DNA from: a virus
DNA: 33,012 nt
Strand: one strand, 5' to 3'
Virus record (IMG/VR): IMGVR_UViG_3300045988_126595
Location: 1-33,012 of that record
Below the pieces are notes generated by a model, which was not told the DNA's origin, ran no database searches, and worked only from the letters and a program-made list of their open reading frames with translations. This document shows, in pieces, positions 7,196 to 15,208 of the stretch (position 1 is the first letter of the stretch; every line of letters starts with the position of its first letter). A program made the position numbers and the translations under genes.

Positions 7196-7942
7196 ATGCA
7201 ACATTCATTTAATATAGAATTAGCAAAAGAATATGGTATATTAGAAGCAATAATAATCAACAATTTATTCTTTTGGATAGAAAAAAATAAAGCAAACGAT
7301 GTAAGTTATTATGATGGCACTTATTGGACTTATAATAGTATAAAAGCATTAAATGAATTATTCCCTTATGCAAGTGAAAGAAAAATTAGTTATGCTTTAA
7401 AACATTTGGAAGAAGAGGGGATAATAAAAACAGGAAATTACAATAAATTAGCATATGATAGAACTTTGTGGTATGCATTTACCGAAAAAGGGATTTCCAT
7501 TTTACAAAAATGTTGTTTCCATTTTACAAAATCGACAAATGGATTTTACAAAAGTGATGAACCTATACCAGATATAAACACAGATATAAACACAGATAAT
7601 AATAATAATAGTAGTAGTATAGAGAAACGAGACACAATTTATGACTTCTTAGAACAAAATTTTGGAAGAACATTAAATAGTATTGAAATTGAAATGATAA
7701 GAGAATGGAATGATAATGAATTAACTAGATATGCAATTAAACAAGCAGTATTAAATGGTAAATATAATGTTAAATACATAAACACGATATTAGTTAATTA
7801 TAAAAACAATTCCATAACAACAGTACAACAAGCACAAGAAGAAGAAAATAAGTTTAAGAGTAAAAAAGAAATAAAAAAATCAAAAACAGCCACAATGGAT
7901 GAAACTTTAAAGGAGATATATAATGGAACAATTAGAATTTAG
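7196..7942 (+). CDS. Phage replisome organiser / DnaD-domain replication initiation protein
   Basis: The C-terminal IYDFLEQNFGRTLNSIEIEMIREW...YAIKQAVLNGKYNVKYINTILVNYKNN matches the DnaD-domain pattern; the N-terminus is winged-helix-like. Confidence 0.8.
   Translation: MQHSFNIELAKEYGILEAIIINNLFFWIEKNKANDVSYYDGTYWTYNSIKALNELFPYASERKISYALKHLEEEGIIKTGNYNKLAYDRTLWYAFTEKGISILQKCCFHFTKSTNGFYKSDEPIPDINTDINTDNNNNSSSIEKRDTIYDFLEQNFGRTLNSIEIEMIREWNDNELTRYAIKQAVLNGKYNVKYINTILVNYKNNSITTVQQAQEEENKFKSKKEIKKSKTATMDETLKEIYNGTIRI
7494..7620. repeat. Iteron array plus tandem 12-mers plus an A/T trinucleotide run inside the replisome-organiser gene (candidate ori)
   Basis: attttacaaaa occurs at 7499, 7521 and 7543 (exact 22-bp phasing). 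cagatataaaca occurs twice in tandem at 7569-7592, followed by (aat)n(agt)n. Confidence 0.6.
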
Positions 7943-8324
7943 TAAAATAATAAAAGTATTAACAATGGCATATCCATATTATTTTAAAGACATGGAAAAA
8001 GAAAATACAATAATGTTTAGTCAATTGTATTATAATAAATTAAAAAAATATAATTATCAAATAGTAGCAAATGCTATAAATAAAATTATAGATGAAAATG
8101 AGTTTATGCCTACATTATCAGAAATAATAAAACAATGTGATAAAGAATATAGAAGTTATTATAAACAAAAAATAGATTTAATGTATAAAGATGGTTTTTT
8201 TAAAACAGACCAAGAATATGGAAAAGCCTTACAATGGCTCTTTGAGGACAAACCTATTATTTCTAATTGGTTGTTAGAAGAAATCAATGGATATGAGGAA
8301 AAATTATTAATATCAAAAAAATAA
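7923..8324 (+). CDS. Hypothetical protein; possible helicase-loader (SPP1 G39P-like) by position and N-terminal pattern
   Basis: Overlaps the organiser gene end. Sequence ...MAYPYYFKDM...FSQLYYNKLKKYNYQIVANAINKIIDENEFMPTLSEI recalls the loader family. This is from memory, not verified. Confidence 0.4.
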   Translation: MEQLEFSKIIKVLTMAYPYYFKDMEKENTIMFSQLYYNKLKKYNYQIVANAINKIIDENEFMPTLSEIIKQCDKEYRSYYKQKIDLMYKDGFFKTDQEYGKALQWLFEDKPIISNWLLEEINGYEEKLLISKK

Positions 8325-8343
8325 ATAAAAATGTAAAACACAA

Positions 8344-8372
8344 TTGACAAAAATTAAAATAAGGTGTATAAT
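8344..8372 (+). promoter_or_regulatory. Consensus sigma-A promoter (recombination operon)
   Basis: TTGACA (8344-8349), 17-nt spacer, TATAAT (8367-8372). The downstream RBS block gaaaggagaacaaa is identical to the one at 927-940. Confidence 0.7.
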
Positions 8373-8402
8373 TAATATGTAAATGAAAGGAGAACAAAGA
8401 AA

Positions 8403-8984
8403 ATGAAAGAAATAAATATTAAATTAATGAATATTCAACAAGAATTAAAAGCACCAAAAGGACAATATAATGATTTTGGTAAATATGCTTACAGAAGTTG
8501 TGAGGACATATTAGAAGCAGTAAAACCTTTATTAAAAAAAGAAAAGGTAGTATTAACAATAAGTGATGAACTTCAATATATAGGAAATAGATACTATATA
8601 AAAGCAACAGCAACACTTATTGATACTGAAAGTGAGGCAACTATAAGTAACAGTGCTTATGCAAGAGAAGAAGAAACAAAAAAAGGAATGGATGGAAGTC
8701 AAATAACTGGAGCAAGTAGTAGTTATGCTAGAAAATATGCTTTAAATGGTTTGTTTGGAATAGATGATAATAAAGATAGTGATACTACTAATATTCAAAG
8801 TAAAGAAGAAAAAGAAGATAAAAAGGCAAGCCCTAAACAAATAGAACTTATACAAAAATATTATCAAGGCGAAAATTTAACAAAATTATTAGAAGTAAAC
8901 AACCTTGAAAAAATAGAAGATATGTCTATTAATAAGGCTAGCGAAATATTAAGTAAATTATTTGCAAAAAAGGAGGACAAGTAA
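8403..8984 (+). CDS. erf: ERF-family single-strand annealing protein
   Basis: NIQQELKAPKGQYNDFGKYAYRSCEDILEAVKPLLKKEKV...GASSSYARKYALNGLFGIDD is typical of ERF recombinases. Confidence 0.75.
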   Translation: MKEINIKLMNIQQELKAPKGQYNDFGKYAYRSCEDILEAVKPLLKKEKVVLTISDELQYIGNRYYIKATATLIDTESEATISNSAYAREEETKKGMDGSQITGASSSYARKYALNGLFGIDDNKDSDTTNIQSKEEKEDKKASPKQIELIQKYYQGENLTKLLEVNNLEKIEDMSINKASEILSKLFAKKEDK

Positions 8985-9298
8985 TGAATAATTTAATAGT
9001 AAAAAAAGAAGATAATTATCAATTAACAGATACGATTATATCAGAATTAAGATTAATTGATGAAGAAGAAAAAGAATTAAAAGAGAAAAAAGAAAAGATA
9101 AGAGAAATCTTATTAAAAGAAATGGAAGATAAAAATATCTTAAAATTAGAAAATGAGAATATTAGTATTTCTTACAAAGCACCGACAGAAAGAGAAACAT
9201 TTAGAACAAAAGATTTTAAAAAAGATTTACCTGATTTATATGATACTTATGTAGAATTCACACCAGTTAAAAGTTCATTATTAATCAAGATTAAATAA
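8984..9298 (+). CDS. Hypothetical coiled-coil protein in the recombination module
   Basis: 104-aa ORF coupled by ATG/TAA overlaps on both sides. Confidence 0.7.
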   Translation: MNNLIVKKEDNYQLTDTIISELRLIDEEEKELKEKKEKIREILLKEMEDKNILKLENENISISYKAPTERETFRTKDFKKDLPDLYDTYVEFTPVKSSLLIKIK

Positions 9299-9897
9299 TG
9301 CAAACTTGGACAATAGGAAATTATGTTATAGAATATTGGGAAGATAGCCATCTTTATATATGTAATGGAATTATTCTTCCCTCTATAACAACAATATTAA
9401 AAAAGAAATTTGGAAATAAGTATCAAGGGGTAGATGAAAGAATACTCGAAGTAGCAAGCCAAAGAGGTACTGAAATGCACCAAGCAATTCAAGATTATGA
9501 AGAAGATGGTATAAATGACCTTAATAATAGAGAACTTCAAAATTATATATTTTTAAAGAAACATTATAAATGGCAAGTAATAGCCTCAGAGATACCAGTA
9601 ATCTTGTCTCTAGATGATGTTCCAGTAGCAGTAGGTAGATTGGACCAGATAATAGAAATGAATGGTGAAAGAGGAGTAAATGACTTTAAAAGGACAGCCA
9701 CTTTTGATAAAGAATATGTGGCATATCAGACTAATCTTTATAAGATAGCCTATGAGCAAACTTACCATATACCATTATCATTTGTAAGTGGCACACATTT
9801 AAGAGAAGAAAAAAGAAAATTCTATAAATTGCCAGTAAATGAAGAAATGGCAATGAAATTAGTAAAAGAATATTTGGAGGAAGAAGAAGATGTATAG
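9298..9897 (+). CDS. PD-(D/E)XK (RecB/Cas4-like) exonuclease, likely ERF partner
   Basis: GTEMHQAIQ ... GRLDQIIE ... VNDFKRT gives a D...(D/E)xK arrangement; adjacent to erf. Confidence 0.6.
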   Translation: MQTWTIGNYVIEYWEDSHLYICNGIILPSITTILKKKFGNKYQGVDERILEVASQRGTEMHQAIQDYEEDGINDLNNRELQNYIFLKKHYKWQVIASEIPVILSLDDVPVAVGRLDQIIEMNGERGVNDFKRTATFDKEYVAYQTNLYKIAYEQTYHIPLSFVSGTHLREEKRKFYKLPVNEEMAMKLVKEYLEEEEDV

Positions 9898-10090
9898 ATT
9901 TAAAAAAGAAAAATTTGATAAAATAAAATTAAATCAATCAAAAATAGCAGAAGAAGTTGGAATAACTAGGCAGTATATGAATAGTATATATAATCAAGCA
10001 ACACTATGCAAAAAAACCACTGCATATGCTATAACAAAAAGTATAGATAATAATGCTGAAATAAAAGATTTTTTTGAAGAGGCAAGATAA
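9890..10090 (+). CDS. Small helix-turn-helix protein
   Basis: LNQSKIAEEVGITRQYMNSIYN is an XRE-like HTH. Confidence 0.6.
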   Translation: MYRFKKEKFDKIKLNQSKIAEEVGITRQYMNSIYNQATLCKKTTAYAITKSIDNNAEIKDFFEEAR

Positions 10091-10599
10091 TGAGTATTAG
10101 AAGCAATTTTTGTGAGTTTGATAAAGAAACAAGAAAATATATAAAAAAAAGAGATAATAATAGGTGTGTCTTTTGTGGAAACAATGGAGCATTACAAATA
10201 GCACATATATTCTTATCAAGGGCAAAAGGTGGCAAAGGATGTAAAGAAAATGGTTGTCTTTTATGTATTAAATGCCATCAAGCATTAGATAATGGCAAAG
10301 ATACATCATTAAGAGACCAAATAAGCCGATTTTGTGGGTCATATTTAATCGAAAAAGAAAACATAATAGATTTATTTAGTTTGATGAAAACACTTAAATA
10401 TGATAAAAAAAATAGCCTTAGAGAAAGAATTATAATATCAGAAGAGAAAAAAGAAATAAAAGATAGATGTAAAAATTGCAGATTATTAGAAAAAAGGCAA
10501 GTCAAAGGTAATTCAATACCTGTATATTATTGTAGATATAGAAAAATAAGAATAACAAAAAATACAGAGGCTTGCAAAGATTTTAGGAGGATAAAATGA
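10090..10599 (+). CDS. HNH endonuclease with C-terminal Cys-rich region
   Basis: CVFCGNNGALQIAHIFLSRAKGGKGCKENGCLLCIKCHQALDNG. Confidence 0.75.
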   Translation: MSIRSNFCEFDKETRKYIKKRDNNRCVFCGNNGALQIAHIFLSRAKGGKGCKENGCLLCIKCHQALDNGKDTSLRDQISRFCGSYLIEKENIIDLFSLMKTLKYDKKNSLRERIIISEEKKEIKDRCKNCRLLEKRQVKGNSIPVYYCRYRKIRITKNTEACKDFRRIK

Positions 10600-10829
10600 A
10601 ACCAAATGAACTAACTGAAAAGGAAATAAAAAAATTACAAAAAAAGTTTCCAAAAATTAAAAAAAGAATACTTAAAAAAAGATTAACTAAAGAAGAAATA
10701 CAATATAGACAAGTGAAAAGAAAAGCAAAATGTGAGAATATATGTATATTCTTAATAACTATTTTTTTCTTAACAATGATAATAGCGAGCATATTAGTTC
10801 TTTACTTGATGTGGACTTATAAGTGGTAA
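10596..10829 (+). CDS. Basic protein with C-terminal TM helix
   Basis: The Lys-rich N-terminus is followed by ICIFLITIFFLTMIIASILVLYLMW. Confidence 0.6.
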   Translation: MKPNELTEKEIKKLQKKFPKIKKRILKKRLTKEEIQYRQVKRKAKCENICIFLITIFFLTMIIASILVLYLMWTYKW

Positions 10830-10841
10830 GGAGTGATAATT

Positions 10842-11066
10842 ATGAAACCTAAAGTAGGAGATTATATAAAAACGATTAGAAATTCAGCAGTTGGCAGTAA
10901 TGTTATTGCAAAAGTTAGATTTATTAATTATGAAGATAGAAAAGGCTTTGGTAAATTTAAAAATTATTATAGTTGTTGGAAAGAAGATAAAAGTTGGTTT
11001 GAATTAACAGATAATGATTTTAAAAAAGGCAGAGCCATTGTTTTAGAAAAGGCAGGTGATAAATAG
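10842..11066 (+). CDS. Hypothetical protein
   Basis: RBS taaggag lies 8 nt upstream of ATG 10842 (ORF-track start 10833 is a GTG inside the RBS). Confidence 0.65.
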   Translation: MKPKVGDYIKTIRNSAVGSNVIAKVRFINYEDRKGFGKFKNYYSCWKEDKSWFELTDNDFKKGRAIVLEKAGDK

Positions 11067-11224
11067 TGGAAAATAGTAATGGTGGAATTGGATTTGTTGG
11101 ATTATTAACAATAGCATTTATAGTATTAAAATTATTAAAAGTAATAAGTTGGAGTTGGTTATGGGTACTTAGCCCTTTATGGATAGCAGCATTATTAATA
11201 ATAATTTTAATAATAATATTATAG
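11066..11224 (+). CDS. Small two-TM membrane protein (52 aa)
   Basis: The GTG start overlaps the previous stop. Motif ISWSWLWVLSPLWIAALLIIIL is common in small phage membrane proteins. Confidence 0.5.
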   Translation: MENSNGGIGFVGLLTIAFIVLKLLKVISWSWLWVLSPLWIAALLIIILIIIL

Positions 11225-11233
11225 GAGGGTTAA

Positions 11234-11326
11234 ATGATTTTATACATACCATTAATATTCTGGGGGTTAATTGGTATAGGAGCGATTATAGGATTAATTA
11301 TGATAATAAAGGAGTGGAATGAATGA
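11234..11326 (+). CDS. Small TM peptide (30 aa)
   Basis: RBS taggaggg; hydrophobic ILYIPLIFWGLIGIGAIIGLIMII. Confidence 0.35.
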   Translation: MILYIPLIFWGLIGIGAIIGLIMIIKEWNE

Positions 11327-11451
11327 GAGAATGTTGTAATAAAAAAGAAGATAATTTTATAACATATCATCAAAATAGAGAAAAAGAAATTGTAGATATA
11401 TTATCAACTATGAGCCAAGAAGAATTAAAAAATAGAATAGGAGAAAAGTAA
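11323..11451 (+). CDS. Small hypothetical protein (42 aa)
   Basis: ATGA overlap with the previous ORF, RBS aaggag; its stop overlaps the ATG of 11451. Confidence 0.4.
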   Translation: MRECCNKKEDNFITYHQNREKEIVDILSTMSQEELKNRIGEK

Positions 11452-11732
11452 TGGAGTTATGGATTAGAAGTCAAGACAAAGAATGCTTAGTTAAAATAAG
11501 CAACATACAATATGTTTTAAGAAAAGAAACTAATTGTGGTATAAGTACTGAATATCATTATATAGGAACATATTATGATAATTTAAAAATATTAGGAACA
11601 TACAAGACAAAAGAAAGAGCATTAGAAGTATTAAATGAAATACAAAATATGTTATATGCGGGATTAAAAGCAACTAACAATAATCAATTAGCAGGTACAA
11701 CAAGTATTGTATATCAAATGCCAAAAAAATAG
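11451..11732 (+). CDS. Hypothetical protein
   Basis: 93-aa ORF, coupled start. Confidence 0.7.
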   Translation: MELWIRSQDKECLVKISNIQYVLRKETNCGISTEYHYIGTYYDNLKILGTYKTKERALEVLNEIQNMLYAGLKATNNNQLAGTTSIVYQMPKK

Positions 11733-11741
11733 GAGGTAATT

Positions 11742-11915
11742 ATGAAAGATATAAATATTAATTACGAAGGTTTGAACTTTGAAGAAAAGATATCATTAAA
11801 GATAAATTACTTATTAAGTTTACCAGCAAGTGAAGCAGTAAAGAGTGCCTTACTTAACTTGAAGTGGGTACTAGAGATATATCAAGAAGAGAAAGTAAAA
11901 GGAAGAAGTAGATAA
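11742..11915 (+). CDS. Hypothetical protein (57 aa)
   Basis: RBS taggaggt 6 nt upstream. Confidence 0.5.
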   Translation: MKDININYEGLNFEEKISLKINYLLSLPASEAVKSALLNLKWVLEIYQEEKVKGRSR

Positions 11916-12082
11916 TGGAACCTCATAGAAAAAAAGAATTAATAAAAATTAGGAAATTTTTTATAAAAAGATATAAACTAGCAAAACTATTTGGAGATAA
12001 GTATTATACCAAATATTTTGCAAGACAAATAAGAGATATAGATAAAGAATTAAAAATGTTTATAGATAATTTAGGAGAGTGA
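11915..12082 (+). CDS. Hypothetical basic protein (55 aa)
   Basis: TAATG coupling with the previous ORF. Confidence 0.5.
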   Translation: MEPHRKKELIKIRKFFIKRYKLAKLFGDKYYTKYFARQIRDIDKELKMFIDNLGE

Positions 12083-12087
12083 AAATA

Positions 12088-12645
12088 ATGGAATTTAAAG
12101 TAGGAAATAAAGTTAAAGTAATAAAGAACGAATATACATATTCAACATATGACACATGGATAAATAAGTATGCTATGCAATATAAGAAAGAATGGAAGAG
12201 AGGAGAATTACCTGATAAAGATAATGGATATATAATAAAAGTAAAAGCACCACATGAAGTTGGTTATGACATATATTTAATACAAGATATTAAAACAAAA
12301 CAAGTTTATATAATTGATGAAGAAGGATTTGTATTAGTAAAAGAAAACAAAAAATTCTTCAAAAAATTACCAAATGACTACACAGGTACAATAGAAGTAG
12401 AAAATGGTTATATAGTAGAAAAAGAAATACTAGACGAAAAAGAGAAAGAATATTTAAGTGCAGTTATTAGACCATTTAGAGACAGAATTGAATATATTAA
12501 AAAAGTGGGAGGTAATAGGGAATTTATTGCAATTGATTTAAATAATGAAAGGTTTTCTTTTCCTTATTTCGACAAAGGTACTATGTATAAAGGTATGGAA
12601 TTAAATAAAAAATACACATTAAAGGAGTTAGATTTAGATGAGTAA
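12088..12645 (+). CDS. Hypothetical protein
   Basis: RBS aggagag lies 9 nt upstream of ATG 12088. Confidence 0.75.
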   Translation: MEFKVGNKVKVIKNEYTYSTYDTWINKYAMQYKKEWKRGELPDKDNGYIIKVKAPHEVGYDIYLIQDIKTKQVYIIDEEGFVLVKENKKFFKKLPNDYTGTIEVENGYIVEKEILDEKEKEYLSAVIRPFRDRIEYIKKVGGNREFIAIDLNNERFSFPYFDKGTMYKGMELNKKYTLKELDLDE

Positions 12646-12829
12646 TAGTTTTAATAGAAAAATAGAAAGAGAAAAAGAAAAGCAAAAATTAAAAGAAATA
12701 CACAATACATATAATAGAAAGCCAAAAGAAATATGTCCTAAGTGTCATAAAAAGAGTTTATTTATGACTAATAGTAAAAATGAGATATATTGTATAAGAT
12801 GTAATAATTTAGTTGAAATAAATAAATAA
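12638..12829 (+). CDS. Zinc-ribbon protein
   Basis: CPKC...(17)...CIRC; the 3' end overlaps the promoter at 12813. Confidence 0.7.
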   Translation: MSNSFNRKIEREKEKQKLKEIHNTYNRKPKEICPKCHKKSLFMTNSKNEIYCIRCNNLVEINK

Positions 12830-12841
12830 TTATGCTATAAT
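12813..12841 (+). promoter_or_regulatory. Sigma-A promoter with extended -10; twin of the promoter at 18952
   Basis: TTGAAA, 17-nt spacer, TGcTATAAT. The 21 nt aataaataattatgctataat (12821-12841) is identical to 18960-18980. Confidence 0.65.
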
Positions 12842-12857
12842 AGGAAGTGGAAAAGTA

Positions 12858-12938
12858 GGAGAACAAGCAAAAACTAAAAATATTATTTTCTTATAGACAT
12901 TATTCATTCCTTTCAGAGATATAAAATGTTTGTTCTCC
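12858..12938 (+). promoter_or_regulatory. Long-range hairpin in the 172-nt leader of the 13020 operon
   Basis: ggagaacaagca (12858-12869) pairs with tgtttgttctcc (12927-12938): 12 bp with 1 G-U and a 57-nt A/U-rich loop. No adjacent U-run. Confidence 0.35.
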
Positions 12939-13019
12939 AATAAAATATTCTTTTATGAAATTATGGGTTTGCCTTTAGTGAGTTTGATAATTTCTAACTT
13001 TTTTAGAATGGAGGATAAA

Positions 13020-13490
13020 ATGAAATATGAATTTATTAAAGTTGACTTAGATACTTATAAATTGGTTTATACTAATAAAGAAAAAAAAGAAGTATCTATT
13101 GAATTCAAAAGAACAATTGAAATGGCTGAAAAGTTACAAGGAATAGTAGCAACAGCAAGACTTAATATGTATAAAGAGTTAAGTAAACAAGGAATAACAA
13201 AAAATGACCTTATTATCAAAAAAGATGATGGAAAAGGTCATATAACTTATGATGAAACAAACTATCAAGAATATGAAAAGTTTTATATTCAATTAGAAGA
13301 GGCAATCATATTAAATGAAGTGATAGAAAAATTATTTGACAAGACTATAAAAGATTTATTTGATGATATGGGTATTGATAACATACCAGAATCAGAGCAA
13401 CCTATGCAACTACAATTATTTAGTTCTAAATTAGGACAAATCATTAACAAAGGACTAGATGATACTCCCAGTGAAGGAAATAAAGAATAA
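13020..13490 (+). CDS. Hypothetical acidic protein; possible tail-assembly-chaperone G-like
   Basis: RBS ggagg lies 5 nt upstream of ATG 13020 (the ORF-track start 12930 lies in the leader). Acidic C-terminus DLFDDMGIDNIPESEQP; followed by an overlapping ORF in the +1 frame. Confidence 0.7.
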   Translation: MKYEFIKVDLDTYKLVYTNKEKKEVSIEFKRTIEMAEKLQGIVATARLNMYKELSKQGITKNDLIIKKDDGKGHITYDETNYQEYEKFYIQLEEAIILNEVIEKLFDKTIKDLFDDMGIDNIPESEQPMQLQLFSSKLGQIINKGLDDTPSEGNKE

Positions 13491-13848
13491 TTATAGCAAA
13501 AAAACAAGCAATAAGACAATATTTTGCTTTGCTTATCAAGAGGACTTAGACCAAGCCTATGCTTTTTATTGTAGTAGATATGAAAATATCTCATATAAAG
13601 AGTTTATGCAATTAGGTTTATTTGAATTTAAAAAGAAATTAGGAAGCATACCTAAGACTGAACCTTTATATGACATTATAAAGTCAAGAACAATAAACAT
13701 AGCGAGCATAAAAGATAAAGAAGAGCGAAAGTATTGGAGAGAGTTAAGAAGAATTAATCAGATACCTCAAATATTCATACCTACAAAGGAAGTGTTTGAT
13801 AATTTAAAAGGAAGATTAAAAGAAACAAGTCAATTAGGAGGAAAATAA
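13459..13848 (+). CDS. Hypothetical protein overlapping 13020..13490 in the +1 frame; possible chaperone T-like extension or independent gene
   Basis: ISYKEFMQLGLFEFKKKLGSIPKTEPLYDIIKSRTINIASIKDKEERKYWRELRR resembles, from memory, T-segments of Gram-positive siphophage chaperones. ATG 13459 has a weak RBS, aaagga. Confidence 0.55.
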   Translation: MILPVKEIKNNYSKKTSNKTIFCFAYQEDLDQAYAFYCSRYENISYKEFMQLGLFEFKKKLGSIPKTEPLYDIIKSRTINIASIKDKEERKYWRELRRINQIPQIFIPTKEVFDNLKGRLKETSQLGGK

Positions 13849-13851
13849 AAA

Positions 13852-14265
13852 ATGGAAAGAGATTTAATTAAGTTTAATAAAAATATAACAAAGGTAACAA
13901 AAGAAATAACAAAATATGAAGATGAAAAAGGAAATTATATGTTAATACCTACAGGACAATTATTATGCAATATAGAATATATGGAATTAGATGAAATAAG
14001 TTACAAGAAAGCATTATTTGAAATGATAATTGATAAAGATGTTGAATATAATAAAACTATAGTTACTAAGCCTGTAGATAAATACACTAAAACTAAAAAT
14101 GAAAAAGACAAAGGTACTATCATAGATACAGAAGTAGAAGTATCACAAGTATGGGTAGTTAAGAATGGCTTAGGTTTAAATAAAGCATATAATAACAAAG
14201 AAAAAGCCTTATCTTATGTAGAAGAAATCAATAATAAATATTTAGAAATGGCAGAGGTGAAATAA
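13852..14265 (+). CDS. Hypothetical protein
   Basis: 137-aa ORF, RBS aggagga. Confidence 0.75.
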   Translation: MERDLIKFNKNITKVTKEITKYEDEKGNYMLIPTGQLLCNIEYMELDEISYKKALFEMIIDKDVEYNKTIVTKPVDKYTKTKNEKDKGTIIDTEVEVSQVWVVKNGLGLNKAYNNKEKALSYVEEINNKYLEMAEVK

Positions 14266-14311
14266 TGGTTAATAAAAAGAAATTAAAAGATATAATAAAG
14301 TAGGTGATACT

Positions 14312-14677
14312 ATGGCTAAAGAAGATAACTTAATACCAGGAGGATACAAGTTAACAATTGAAGAAGCCTCGAAAGGTGGAAAGAGAAGTGGAGAAGTAAG
14401 AAGACTTAAAAAAACCTTTAAAATGGCTTTAATGGAGGTTCTAGAAACAGAGGTAAAAGATGCTGATGGGAAACCGACCGGAGAAACTTATCAAGACTTA
14501 GTTAATAAGGGGTTGCTTCATGGAGCAATGGCAGGTAATGCTTCCAATTATAAAACTATCCTTGAAACGATAGGAGAATTAGAGCCAGAAAAAACCGAGG
14601 TATCAGTTCCAACAATAAAATTAGAAGTAGTAGATAATAGTAATTTGGAGAGTGTGTTATATGATAATAAAGAATAA
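14312..14677 (+). CDS. Hypothetical protein; weak small-terminase/DNA-binding candidate
   Basis: N-terminal EEASKGGKRSGEVRRLKK motif; located upstream of the packaging region. The function is a guess. Confidence 0.7.
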   Translation: MAKEDNLIPGGYKLTIEEASKGGKRSGEVRRLKKTFKMALMEVLETEVKDADGKPTGETYQDLVNKGLLHGAMAGNASNYKTILETIGELEPEKTEVSVPTIKLEVVDNSNLESVLYDNKE

Positions 14678-14954
14678 TAAAAAATGTATTATAAAAATAA
14701 ATGGTGTAAATGAAGATGGTTGCGAATATTGTAGAGGAGAAAAAGATATATCTAATAAAATATTTGATGATGGCTCTACATATAGTGATACAATTATGCA
14801 AGTTAGAGTTGCGGAAGACCCATTACAAAAAATAAAAGTATTAGAAGTTGCACCAGTTAAATATAGAAATGGAGAACCATCAAAAAATACATATCATGAA
14901 TTTTTAATAAATTTTTGTCCTATGTGTGGGAGAAAATTAAATGATAAAGAATAA
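14661..14954 (+). CDS. Zinc-finger protein
   Basis: CEYC ... CPMC pairs. RBS ggagag lies 8 nt upstream of ATG 14661. Confidence 0.7.
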   Translation: MIIKNNKKCIIKINGVNEDGCEYCRGEKDISNKIFDDGSTYSDTIMQVRVAEDPLQKIKVLEVAPVKYRNGEPSKNTYHEFLINFCPMCGRKLNDKE

Positions 14955-15066
14955 AGTAACAAGGAAGCTTTTAAAAAAGATATTAAGAATAAAATCCCCA
15001 AGTAAAGAAATGCTAAAATGGACAGAAAAAAACGGGCTTATATTTACAGAAAGAGGAAGAAATTAA
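14941..15066 (+). CDS. Small hypothetical protein (41 aa)
   Basis: ATG overlaps the end of the previous gene; no clear RBS. Confidence 0.3.
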   Translation: MIKNKVTRKLLKKILRIKSPSKEMLKWTEKNGLIFTERGRN

Positions 15067-15067
15067 A

Positions 15068-15187
15068 ATGACAAGTAGTAAATATAAACCGATAGGAACA
15101 TATTTAAAATATCACAATACCAAAGTTATCTATAACGGAATAAAGTTTGATAGTATTTACAAAAATATTGTTATGCAAAAGAATTAA
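15068..15187 (+). pseudogene. 39-codon ORF resembling only the N-terminus of a DUF1064-type nuclease (truncated duplicate)
   Basis: KYHNTKVIYNGIKFDSIY parallels KNKYKNEITYYKDIRFSSKKE at the start of the intact gene at 15209, then terminates. Confidence 0.35.
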
Positions 15188-15208
15188 GAAAAGGAAATTT
15201 GTTTAAAT

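Noticed and set aside
7569-7604. Tandem 12-mers as a CRISPR-like or VNTR array
   Set aside because: There are only two full copies, no spacers, and the repeats lie inside a coding linker. They are better explained as origin-associated repeats.
12930-13019. N-terminal extension of the 12930..13490 ORF
   Set aside because: It starts at a TTG inside the leader hairpin with no RBS and is hydrophobic junk. ATG 13020 has a ggagg RBS 5 nt upstream.
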